46,110 nucleotides of DNA, taken from the NCBI RefSeq assembly GCF_006345805.1, contig NW_021834646.1, positions 1 to 46,110 on the forward strand, in the 5' to 3' direction. Source of the DNA: Octopus sinensis (lineage: Eukaryota). Below are positions 25,971 through 37,629 of the stretch, one piece after another. Every line of letters starts with the position of its first letter. Position 1 is the stretch's first letter. The notes under the pieces were generated by a model. The model had not been told where the DNA came from, did not search any database, and saw only the letters and a list, made by a program, of their open reading frames with translations. The position numbers and the translations under genes are program-made.

Positions 25971-26339
25971 ACTATAATATATATATGTATTATTTATATA
26001 TAGATATGTGTCTGCTCGGTGGCAGACACATTTTCTTTCTAATCTTGCTGATGATCCCTATTTAACACGATGAAATTAATTTGTCCAGGTATTTCTTGAT
26101 CTATATTTCACTGAATTAACATAATAGTTATAATCCTACCATTATTGAATTCTTTCATATACATGTGTGTGTGTCTGAATGTGTTAATGTTTGTGTGTAC
26201 ATGTATGAAAATGCATATTAGAGGGTTTTTTTTTCCATTTGGCAATAATATATACACTCAGACACAAATGAAATAGCAATGTTTATCAAGATGTTAGGAC
26301 TTTCCCATATTAAGGCTTGCTCAACAGAACAAAATAGGT

Positions 26340-26476
26340 TACATACATACACACATACATACATACATACATACATACATACACACACACATACATACAT
26401 ACATACATACATACATACATACATACATACATACATACAACCATACATGCATACATACATACAAACAAACATACAT

Positions 26477-26507
<31 letters not shown>

Positions 26508-26510
26508 TAT
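26340..26510. repeat. (TACA)n microsatellite
   Basis: Direct inspection. Confidence 0.97.
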
Positions 26511-26851
26511 GCATATATGCATGCAAAATAAATATAATATCACATTTTGTTATATTTTTTAATGAATAATCAGGAAAAATAAATGTTTTACAACACAGTC
26601 AATCACAACTTAAAATCATTCCTGATAAAATGCACTTAATTTTTTTTCCTATCAAGCAAAATATTAAAGTACATTTTTCTTTCTTAAAATCTCTCATACA
26701 TGGTTCAATATTTTTAAAAGGATTTCTGGTATTAGTGGGGTGTACATTAAAACTGCTAACAGGTCTAAAACCATTAATATAACAGTTGAAAAGTACATAA
26801 TATAATATATGTGTGTGTGTGTGTATATATTGTGCATATATGTATATAATA

Positions 26852-26894
<43 letters not shown>

Positions 26895-26918
26895 TATATA
26901 TATATATATATATATAGG

Positions 26919-26951
<33 letters not shown>

Positions 26952-26952
26952 G

Positions 26953-28110
26953 TAACTTAGAATAACTCAGAAAGGTTTTTGGCCAGTATTGGCCCAGGCC
27001 ATGTCTAACTTAATAGCACCACCTGGCGAAGTCTTTCAGTTCAGGATTTGGCACCAAGGCCCATTCGAGCAGGAGTATTGTTTTGCGGAGACTATCCGGT
27101 GTGGGTTGTTTGTGCCGGGACTGTTTGAAGGAATTTGTCCAAGGTCTGACATTCATCTACCTTTTTTGTGATTGACCTTTGGGGAGCTTTAATTCTCATA
27201 ATATTTTGTTTTGTGTAGGGAGACCACAGTGGAAGCAGTATTCAAGGTGGTTGTCGGGCAAGTGGAGAAAGAGAGGATAATGGTGTGGGAATCCTCTCGA
27301 CTGGAAGGTTCTGAGAATCCAGGAACACATTCTGCGGGCCATATCAACTTTGCTGCTTATATGTGTAGCCCAGCTTATGTTGTTGTCCACTGTTACTCCC
27401 AAGTCTCTGATGTTGTTAGACGCCATGAGAATTTCTCCAGAAGGAAGAGAGTATGGGAGTTTTAGAGCGTCCTCCCTTCCAAAGTGGATCAGTTCGAATT
27501 TGTCTTCGTTTAGTAACATGTTATTCTTTTCCGCCCATTGGACAACAGCCAGTAGGTCTGACTGAAGGTTTATTCGGTCATCCACGCCATTGATGACCTT
27601 CTGGAGCTTGGAATCATCAGCGAAAGTTCTGATGTTATTGTGTTTGATGGTTTCAGTAATATCATTAATGTAGATGATGAAGAGAAGTGGGCCCAACACA
27701 GTGCCTTGTGGGACACCACTGCTGACTTTGGCTGGGCTGGATTTGACTCCTTCGACTACAACATGTTGGGTTCTGTTAGACAGGGAGCACTTGATCCACT
27801 GCAGCAGCTTTCCAGTGACACCAATATTGGACAGCTTTCTCAAAAGGATCTTATGATCAACCCTGTCAAAGGCCTTGCTGAAATCAAGGAAGATGACATC
27901 AGTGTTGGAACCCTCTCCCAAGGCTCTCAAAATGATGCAGTAGCTGCGTCAGGCAATCTCTTCCATTACGGAATCCATGCTGGTTGGAGTTCAGCATATT
28001 ATGACTTTCAAGGAAGTGAGTCATACGCGATCTCAGCACTCTCTCAAATACCTTAATGATATGAGAGGTGAGTGAGATTGGACGGTAATTCACGGCAAGC
28101 GATTTGTTTC
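26953..28110 (-). mobile_element. CR1-clade LINE fragment (RT domain, internally deleted C-terminus, 3'UTR)
   Basis: NYRPISLTSHIIKVFE, NQHGFR..CLTQL, LDFSKAFDRVDH, SGVPQGTVLGPLLF..YIND, FADDSKL, RDLGV; a C-terminal LDKFLQTVP motif near 27140; ends at a (TA)n tract. Confidence 0.88.
27196..27930 (-). pseudogene. CR1-like reverse transcriptase ORF fragment (244 aa)
   Basis: The ORF-track entry contains the RT motifs QG and FADD. Confidence 0.85.
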
Positions 28111-28119
28111 ATACATCAT

Positions 28120-28360
28120 CATCATATTCATCATCATCATTTAACGTCCGTTTTCCGCGCTAGCACGGGTTGGACGGTTTCGACCGGGGTCTGGGGAGCT
28201 CGGGACTGCCCCAGGCTCCAGTCTAGTCTGGCAGTGTTTCTACAGCTGGATGCCCTTCCTAACGCCAACCACTCCGCGAGTGTAGTGGGTGTTTTTTACG
28301 TGCCACCTGCACAGGTGCCAGAGGGGTCTGGCATCGGACACGTTCGGATGGTGCTTTTTA
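28120..28360 (-). mobile_element. RTE-3'-type repeat fragment
   Basis: CATCATCATTTAACGTCCG..GCTGGATGCCCTTCCTAACGCCAACCACTCC is the reverse complement of the 33201 family 3' end. Confidence 0.75.
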
Positions 28361-28361
28361 T

Positions 28362-29618
28362 GGGGGGGGGGTGCAGAAATATAGGGGAGCACCAGTGGGA
28401 GGGGTGGTTCAGAGGACAGGTACTAGGCAAGTAGAACGTAGGATATCGAGAGAGGGGTAATGCATGGTGAAATAGCGTATTGAAGAGGGGGCTTCAAAGA
28501 GTAGACACTATAATGGTGGTGGGGGGGGGTGCAGAAATATAGGGGAGCACCAGTGGGAGGGGTGGTTCAAGGACAGGTTCTAGGCAAGTAGAACGTAGGA
28601 TATCGAGAGAGAGGGGTAATGCATGGTGAAATAGCGTATTGAAGAGGGGGGTTCAAAGAGTAGACACCTATAATGGTGGTGGGGGGTGCAGAAATATAGG
28701 GGAGCACCAGTGGGAGGGGTGGTTCAGGGACAGGTTCTAGGCAAGTAGAACGTAGGATATCGAGAGAGGGGTAATGCATGGTGAAATAGCGTATTGAAGA
28801 GGGGGGTTCAAAGAGTAGACACCTATAATGGTGGTGGGGGGTGCAGAAATATAGGGGAGCACCAGTGGGAGGGGTGGTTCAGAGGACAGGTTCTAGGCAA
28901 GTAGAACGTAGGATATCGAGAGAGGGGTAATGCATGGTGAAATAGCGTATTGAAGAGGGGGGTTCAAGAGTAGACACCTATAATGGTGGTGGGGGGTGCA
29001 GAAATATAGGGGAGCACCAGTGGGAGGGGTGGTTCAGAGGACAGGTTCTAGGCAAGTAGAACGTAGGATATCGAGAGAGGGGTAATGCATGGTGAAATAG
29101 CGTATTGAAGAGGGGTGTTCAAAGAGTAGACACCTATAATGGTGGTGGGGGTGCAGAAATATAGGGGAGCACCAGTGGGAGGGGTGGTTCAGAGGACAGG
29201 TTCTAGGCAAGTAGAACGTAGGATATCGAGAGAGGGGTAATGCATGGAGAAATAGCGTATTGAAGAGGGGGGTTCAAAGAGTAGACACCTATAATGGTGG
29301 TGGGGGGTGTGCAGAAATATAGGGGAGCACCAGTGGGAGGGGTGGTTCAGAGGACAGGTTCTAGGCAAGTAGAACGTAGGATGTCGAGAGAGGGGTAATG
29401 CATGGTGAAATAGCGTATTGAAGAGGGGGGTTCAAAGAGTAGACACCTATAATGGTGGTGGGGGGTGCAGAAATATAGGGGAGCACCAGTGGGAGGGGTG
29501 GTTCAGAGGACAGGTTCTAGGCAAGTAGAACGTAGGATATCGAGAGAGGGGTAATGCATGGTGAAATAGCGTATTGAAGAGGGGGGTTCAAAGAGTAGAC
29601 ACCTATAATGGTGGTGGG
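28362..29618. repeat. G-rich tandem array, 8 copies of a ~156 bp unit
   Basis: GTGCAGAAATATAGGGGAGCACCAGTGGGAGGGGTGG recurs at ~28371, 28529, 28686, 28841, 28996, 29151, 29309 and 29465; units are nearly identical. Confidence 0.97.
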
Positions 29619-29698
29619 AGAAACGATATCCGGTATAGTTGGAGCAAAATAGAGATATCCGGTATTGGTGGTGGGGGTGGGTAGGGCTGGCGCGCCGC

Positions 29699-30119
29699 GA
29701 AGAATCGGCAGCCAATTTCTATCAGCCCTGTAAGGGAGATAGATCTTAAATATCTATAACGATAACTAGTGAATTGTACAGAATATGCAAAAACGAGGCG
29801 AGGCTGAAATAGTAAACAGAGTGGCGACTAGGGGGATCAGAATAATAATAATTAATTAATAATAATAATAAATAGAAATACGGGATGAATTAAAGTTCAA
29901 GGATTTCTTATCTTGGGATTACTTCGTTTACGGACAGTCTTGGCAAAAGGAATTCGGAATCAAGAATGAGGCAGGTTACTAGCTTAAGTATGCATAGCCA
30001 TGGCGAGGAGTAGGAAGAGAGGAGTCCAGACAGACAATGTAAAAAGAGGGGGAGAGAAGGGCGTGAAGAATCGGCAGCCAATTTCTATCAGCCCTGTAAG
30101 GGAGATAGATCTTAAATAT

Positions 30120-30120
<1 letters not shown>
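29699..30120. repeat. Pair of identical 56 bp direct repeats (29699-29754 and 30065-30120)
   Basis: GAAGAATCGGCAGCCAATTTCTATCAGCCCTGTAAGGGAGATAGATCTTAAATATC occurs twice, 366 bp apart. Confidence 0.95.
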
Positions 30121-30183
<63 letters not shown>

Positions 30184-31093
30184 CATAAATGCATGCATTC
30201 ATACATATAGACGTGTATATACCCACATACGCATATATACTATCTAAAACAAAAGAAAACCCGATCATGTCCAAAGGGTAGTACTGGATATGGTGAGTAC
30301 TTTACATAGTTTTCGGGTGTAATTAAATGTAAATTATAATGTCTATTTGTTAAAGTTAACAGCAGAAAATTTGCATGTGTATGTTTGTCTCTTCTTGCAG
30401 GAATGCAAGCGTGCCCTTCGCATGCGAAAAACAAACGCACCTACATCTTAAACTGTCATGTCCTTTATTAATATGTAAAGGGAAGTAACTCTAAAAGTTG
30501 ATTTTTCAGTTATCTCCCTTATATGTAGTTAAGAGAATATAAACTTTTCTGGTTATTTTCTGTGTTGTACACTTAAATTTTCAATCATTTGACTGCGGCC
30601 ATGGTGGAGCAATGCCTTTATTCGTGTAAATCGACACCAGGACTTATACTTTGTAGGCCTAGTATTTAAACTATCGGCCACACACACACACACACACACA
30701 TAAATTTATTTAATTCGTTATTATATTCACTGCGGTGCTTATTTTAACCATATCGTATTTATGCGTTGCTTTGGCGGACGATTCAACTGGCTGTGTTCAT
30801 AAGTGCATATGTATGTATGTACGACGCTCGTATATGTAAGTATACCGTTTGCTGTGCATATATATATCTGTATTTATGTACCCTTGATATATTCAATTGA
30901 TGACGGTAAAGCTTATTTAAAGCAGAACCAGAAATCCCTGGATCTTGAATTATTCAATAATTTTTGCTTGTATGTTTTGTCCCTCCGCTTTACCTCATGG
31001 TGCGATATGAACACTTAACGTGGTTTTATAGTCAGAATTTCGACTGCTATTTCGGCATGTTGGTGTCTTTTATACACCCACATTTTTAATATA

Positions 31094-31131
<38 letters not shown>

Positions 31132-33026
31132 TATATTCCATGCCGCAGCAGCGCCTTTATTCGAGAGAATCGAAAGCAGGACTAATTCTTTGTAGGCCTA
31201 GTATTTAATCTACCTTTCTCTTTTTGACGAACGCTAAGTTACGGGGGACATGAACACAATAGCACCGGTTGTCTCGGTGATGGAGGGATAAACATACATA
31301 CATCCCTTGTGAACAATTCGTTGTTTAGCCCTTGGTCAACCCTGACTGTGCAGGCCTAGATCAAAAGCATTCTAGCTGTGACCATCCTGTCTTTTTCCTA
31401 TTTGCAATGACCATATAACCATGTGAGTTCACATGTCCTTGTTTTAAGATACGAGGCAGATGTGGCTGCTACATCTAACAGACGAACCACCACATACACG
31501 ATCTCTCATTGGTTCATTATTAGCTTGTGCAAATAAATAGACAGGAACAGTTTGACAGGACCTGCTTAGATTTCAGTAGACGCATCAGATAGCATTTTTA
31601 TCTGATGTACTTACTACTACCACAGATAACTGTGGTTGTTCAATAGGATTGAGTATTGGGCATATCTATTGATGAGGGGGTCTATTCATATCCATCCCTG
31701 TCTTCAGTCATCATATGTTGTCAGAATCATAAGGACGCCTTCCTCACACTCATATTTGGGTATTTTAAACATGATGTAGCTAACCCTCTCACTGTCAAAC
31801 CACAGTGGAAATCTTTCAAAGAAAAAGGAGAAAGAGAGAGAGAGAGAGAAAGAGAGAGAGAGGAGAGAGAGCTGAGAGAGTGCAAATATAATGATGTATT
31901 CCTTTCAGTACCTGATGTATGTATTGAAGAATGAAAAAGCAAAGTTGACGTTGATGGGATTTGAACTCAGGACACAGAATGCCAGAATGACTACTTCAAT
32001 ACATTCTAAGCAATCCGCTAACAATCCTGTCGAATCCCCAAGTAACCAACTGGCAGGTATTTAATGCATGGAAACATGCTTGGATTGAGTTGAAAGGCAA
32101 GGGGAGGTAATCCCTGTTTTTCTTTACCAGTGAGTGTTGCTAACTAAACCATCACCCATGTTGCTAATTGCGCTTTAATTAGCAGATCGTTCACAGTCAT
32201 TATCTCCTGTGTTAACATTTCCTTTATTTACATTTGACAGCAGTTCATTATAAAAAAATCTATTTGAAACGTCATCTTGTCAATCGGTTTCTACTATTTG
32301 GTTATTAATAACCAAATTTTTGAATATGTTTTCATAATGATGCCTTTAATGGACTTATGTCTGCAAGTTATTTGAAGTATGATAATTTTTTTTGTTTTTA
32401 TTCCAGTTTGTGATTTGTTTCATATTAAAATTTGTATGAAGTCACTACGTTTTACCCCCTTAATACATTTTGTCTGATTTTAATCTTAAAAATTAAAAAC
32501 AAGATAAAAAGAAAAGAAAAACAGTTTTCATTAGGAGCAGTGTTATATTTTTTAATATAAAAATGAAGTAGAAATTTAAAAGCAAATATTTGAACAGCAT
32601 TGTTAATAACAACAACATTGTGTGTAATTCCTTCTGTCAAATATATCTTCAGAAAAGAACAAGCATTATCAATGTATTCTGTTTTAATTTAATGATTTCT
32701 TCTCAATTCAATGTTAGCTGTTTTCAAATTATTTCAGAGATTGCACTTGTGTAGATAATGCACAACACTTAAGGGACATTGATAATTGAACAAGACAAGT
32801 TTACATATTTTCAGTTAATAATCTCATTACTTAATTTCAACAGGAATAATCCTTTACAAGAGTCTTCCCCATGACCACCACCTCTCCTCCCGCTTATCCT
32901 TCCACACCTTCTCTTCAGGCTAAAAAATTATTCTCAATTTTCAGTTTTCCAGGAAGCAACGAATGTATTGCCAATAATTTCCAAACATATTTTGAATTGT
33001 TGAGCAAACAGACAACTGAACTAAAA

Positions 33027-33064
<38 letters not shown>

Positions 33065-33200
33065 TATATACATATTGAATTCTTCAGGCTGGAATTACCT
33101 ATAAAAGATATTTATATTGGAGTATTAGAGTGGATGGGGATGGGGGTAAGGAAGAATATTTTAAAATCCTTCATTTACTGATGAAGTAATTTTAATTACA

Positions 33201-33710
33201 CAAGACCCGGCAGGACAAGTGAGACCATAACCCGTGGCCCCTACACGGGATGTAGCCAGTCCACTTATGCATACCGCTCCTTCTAGGGACACAAAACTCT
33301 ACTTGTGAAGACCTGTTGAGGCAAGTGAGAATCGTAATACTAGTGCCGGTGGCACGTAAGAGAACCATCCGAACGTGGTTGTTGCCAGCGCCGCCCCGAC
33401 TGGCCTTGTGCCGGTGGCACATAAAAAGCACCATCCGTTCGTGGCCATTTGCCAGACTCGCCTGGCCCCCATGCCGGTGGCACGTAAAAAGCACCATCGA
33501 ATCGTGGCCGTTTGCCAGACGGGTCTGGCACCTGTGCCGGTGACACGTAAAAAGCACCCACTACACTCAAGGAGTGGTTGGCGTTAGGAAGGGCATCCAG
33601 CCGTAGAAACATTGCCAGATCAGACTGGGCCTGCTGGCTTCCCAGACCCCAGTTGAACCGTCCAACCCATGCCCAGCATGGAAAGCGGACGCTAAACGAT
33701 GATGATGATT
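33201..33710 (+). mobile_element. 5'-truncated RTE-type 3' end (or derived SINE) with internal tandem units and (GAT)n tail
   Basis: Four GTGCCGGTGGCACGTAAAAAGCACC-type units, GTTAGGAAGGGCATCCAGC, tail AAACGATGATGATG; absent from the right arm. Confidence 0.7.
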
Positions 33711-33864
33711 ATGAATTTATGAGTTCAAATAAACAAAAGACACTGGAATGCCATCCTTCTCCACCGCCATTAATACAAAGATAATGAAGAACATAATCCA
33801 ACCAACCCTATTTCACAAAGACACAAATATTAAAGTAAACAATATCCTCGAAAAAAAATTTCTT

Positions 33865-35111
33865 TTTTTTTTTTTTTTTTGGTTTTTCAAAGAATTTCAT
33901 TTCGTTGCTTTCTTTGAAATGTACAGTCCATTTTCCTTATTTCTTGTTCCAAACAATTCCGTCAATTTCTCGACTCTCTCTCTCTCCAACAGTACTGCTC
34001 TTTCCTCGCTACCAAACACCTCTTCATCCAGTCTTACTCTTATTAAATTCTTCACCTTTGCAATCTTTTCCTCAATTCACACAATCTTATCGTAAATTAT
34101 CATCATTCAGTCGGCTGCTTTCTTTGCCTCACATATTCCATTCTCCTCCTTACTTCCCCTTTCCACTCCTCATATTACTCCTCTTTGTCTATATCCTCTC
34201 TCCTTCTTGTTGTTGGCTCTGGGGTTCGATTTTCACTCGTCTCTTTTCTCTACTAATTTTTTCTCTTGTACTTTTACCGCTTTTTTCTTCGTTTTCAGTT
34301 TTTGGCAGTGACTCCGCACTTGTTCTTTTTCTGCCCCCTATTTCCTCCTCCTTTTCCTCCACCACTATTACTTCCTCCACCTCTGCTTAGTTCTCCGTTC
34401 TTTCCTCGTCTCTGGGGACACCTTGCCTTCATGTGTCCTCTTGTACCGCAATTATAACATATGGAGGCTTCCCCTCCACCACAATTCTCAGCCGGTGTCA
34501 TCGGGGGCAACCAACTCCTATGCTATCTTGTGCAAGTCAGGCAGGGTTATATGGATCAAGATTTCCAGTCTAAATCCCCCATCAGTTTATCTCAGCCAAT
34601 TTTGCCACCTTGATAATCTTGGTCTCCTCCTCACAGTTGTACAGGATAGCTTCCAAAGCCATTCCTCCTCTCTTTTGGGTGGCACTTCCCTATCTGTACT
34701 CTTGCCACTCTTTTACCACATTAGGTGGAAAAGTGCCCCACCTGGCTGATCTCAACAGATCGTGGAGTACTTTTTCGTCCTTCCCTCATTCACGAAGTGA
34801 ACCTCCACCGTGCCGTACTTCCTTCCCGAGTATATAAAACGCGATCTCCTTCACTTCGCCTCAGGCATTTCTCTGCTACTTCCACTCTTTTTGTTTTTCT
34901 ACATCCAGCATTCTGTATATTATCATTTTTCCTCTCTGCTCTTTCCATCGCTTCTCCCGGGGGTATCAGCCTAGGCAGTCTCCTCTTTTTAATAATCCTT
35001 GTACTTTCCGAAATCCTTCTACTCCAACACCAATTCTTTCAATCGCAGAATGTCAGCTGGCAGGCTTTTGCCCGCCACCGCGGCGTAACTGCCTATTCGT
35101 TTTTCCTCCAT
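33865..35111 (-). pseudogene. Tx1-like ORF1 (zinc knuckle) with no adjoining ORF2, left-arm copy
   Basis: Starts MEEKRIGSYAAVAGKS at 35111 and contains RKYGTVEVHF, KRVARVQI and RIVVEG..ICYNCGTRGHMKARC, then an E/K-rich tail. Homologous to ORF1 at 6761-8651. Ends at an A-run. Confidence 0.8.
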
Positions 35112-35284
35112 TCACCCAAAAATGGGGAAGAAAAAGAAACAACATTAACAACAATTAACAAATCTCAAAAATATAACAGTATCCAAAGTACAACAATGCA
35201 CAACTCGCATCGACAATGCTATTCAAATTTTCTAAGACCCACAAAAGAAGAAAAACAACATTATTTCATTACTTAAACATGCAA

Positions 35285-35790
35285 TTGGTTGTTGTTAATA
35301 GAAATTCAAACGCGCCGGTTTCAATTCCGTAAGCCTATACAATTTTATTACAACAATTTTTATTTCTATACCTTTTCAAAGAGTAGAGGAAAACCTATGG
35401 TTGCAGAAAGGGATCACCTCAGCAAATTTAAGTTTTGGGCCCAAAAAACTTAAGGATGGAAGGGATTCCTTAACACATAGCTTATACTTATTTATATTTA
35501 CTCTGAAGTAAGGGTCCCTCAAAATAACAGACCATTCCAAAGAATATCTTTTTCATTACTCTTTTAAACCATGTATATAAGAGGCAAGTGTAGAGAATTA
35601 AAGTGGGCCCTTGCCTACTGTACTGCCTTTATAAAATTTATCTAAATTACCCTCCTCTTTAGCAACGCTGACTAATCTAAAAGTTAAACCCAGCAGACTA
35701 GTTCAAATTTTCTGACACCCAGCCACTAAAAAAAAAACGAATTATTTTATTGCTAATCATGCAGGTGGTCGTTGTAATAGAAATCCAAAC
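35285..35790 (-). mobile_element. Penelope-like GIY-YIG endonuclease C-terminal remnant with repeated terminus (left arm)
   Basis: Inverted copy of 39885-40405; a GTTGT(T)AATAGAAAT(T/C)CAAACG motif recurs at ~35290 and ~35770, resembling a pseudo-LTR. Confidence 0.65.
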
Positions 35791-35878
35791 GTATAAAACA
35801 TACACATATACACATATATTTGTATATACATTTATATATTATATATATACACATACACACACACCTATATTGTATATA

Positions 35879-35946
35879 GCCGAGCCGAGCCGAGCCGATC
35901 CGAGCCGAGCCGAGCCGAGTCGAGCTGAGCCGAGCCGAGCCGAGCC
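35879..35946. repeat. (CCGAG)n pentanucleotide repeat, ~13 units
   Basis: Direct inspection; mirrored at 39680-39808. Confidence 0.97.
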
Positions 35947-37629
35947 CTGGCCCCCATAGCGCTCATTGGGGGGTCGTAGCCTTGGACAGTGAGCCTCAAC
36001 AGGTCTTTGCAAGCAGAGTTTAGTATCCAATGAAGGAAAGGTACGCATAAGTAGGCTGGTACACCCGCTGGCATAGGCCATGAGGTTATGGTCTCACTTG
36101 GCTTGTAACCCATTAAAAAAGCCCTCAATGACTCAACAGAGCTCAGAAAACAGTCCTCCTCCGCCACGTCACCTTCAACACCATGGAGTTATCTACAACT
36201 AATACAGAACTCTGAATAATTAGTCATGGTTCTAACAACGGAATGCTCACACCGAACCTGATCCTGTCAAGACACATCATCACTTCTGACATTTCCTTTT
36301 ATTTTTTAACTGGTTCCAATCAGACTGTGGCATACTGGAGCACTGATTTCAGAGTTTTATTTGATCTTATTCAGACTTGTACTTTGTACTTTTCCACTGG
36401 TGGTGTTGGTGATGGCAGAAGCGGAGTTTGACCAAAACCCCTCAGATACCAAAAGATAAGTTCATTAAAAAGACAAACAAATAAAAAAAAAAAACAGTAA
36501 AGAACAATAAAAGTTGAAAAGCTTTCTTCTTTCTTTCGAAATGGTTTCTCATTCGATGGTTGATGCGATTGAAAGGAGACTGAATGAATTTTGTAACTTT
36601 TAGTCATGGTTTGGGCCAAAGTTTATTAATTTGCATCTCTTAATGCTAATTAATTTTAGAAAGCCATGAGTGCAGGTGTGGCTTTGTGGTTGGGGAAGTT
36701 GGCTTCCCACTTCATATGATCCTGGGTTCAGTCCCACTGTTTGGCACCTTGGGCAAGTGTCTTCTACTACATCCCCAGACCAAGCAAAGCCTTGGGAGTG
36801 GATTTGGTACACAGAAACTGAAAGAAGGTGGCGTGTTGGCAGAAACGTTAGCACGCTGGGCGAAATGCTTTGTGGTATTTCATCTGCCGCTACGTTCTGT
36901 GTTCAAATTCCACCTTGGTCGCCATTGCCTGAAGGCAAAACTGCACCAGGAATGGGTTTCAATTCCTATATATATACCTTTTATCTTTTACTTTAGTCAT
37001 TGACTGCAGCTATGCTGGGGCATATGGAATATGAAAGAGAGAGATAAGAAGGGTTTTAGTCAAAAAATTGTTTTTAAGGTCTGGTACTTATTCTATGGTC
37101 TCCTTTGCACCAAACCTCAAGTTGGGGGAATGTAAACACACCAAACACTGGTTATCAACTGCGGTAGAGACTTGCTTTAACAAAAGGTGAGGGCGCATCA
37201 CTCCCAGTGGTCTTTCAGCACGCCGGACACCATCCCGGAATTTCTGCGTACCCGTGCTAACATTTATTGGATGGCTGTTGACTCTCAAGAGGTCCTCCGC
37301 CCTTTGACGGATTTTGTTTTTCATCCCGCAGGGTGTCCAATAAACACCCTCCTCACCAAGCAAGCTTGTATTGGGTTACATGTTACCAATATCCCTCGAA
37401 AGTGACCTGACTGCTACGTACATATGAACTAACTGTTCATGATATATATCGAAAAATCACTAGTCATACGAAAAAATCAAAAATTAATTCACTTACCTTC
37501 GAGTCCAAAATAACTTTAAAAGAGATTTCTTCCAGAAGAAACTGAAGATTTAAAAACACTGAAAAAGTCATCGTTTTTTTCCACTGTTTTTCATTTAAAG
37601 ATGGCTTTCGTTAATCATCCTAAAGACAA

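Larger units (their letters stand above)
31320..36921 (+). repeat. Left arm of large inverted duplication
   Basis: Reverse complement of 38713-43152 along its length. Examples: 31322 TGTTTAGCCCTTGGTCAACC vs 43131-43150; near-identical peptides in opposite-strand ORFs 34266-34457(+) and 41227-41418(-). Confidence 0.95.

Noticed and set aside
28362-29618. CRISPR-like array
   Set aside because: Whole units are near-identical with no unique spacers, there are no cas genes, and the context is eukaryotic.
35290-35345. Hammerhead ribozyme in the Penelope terminal repeat
   Set aside because: GAAAC is present on the minus strand but the CTGANGA core is missing.
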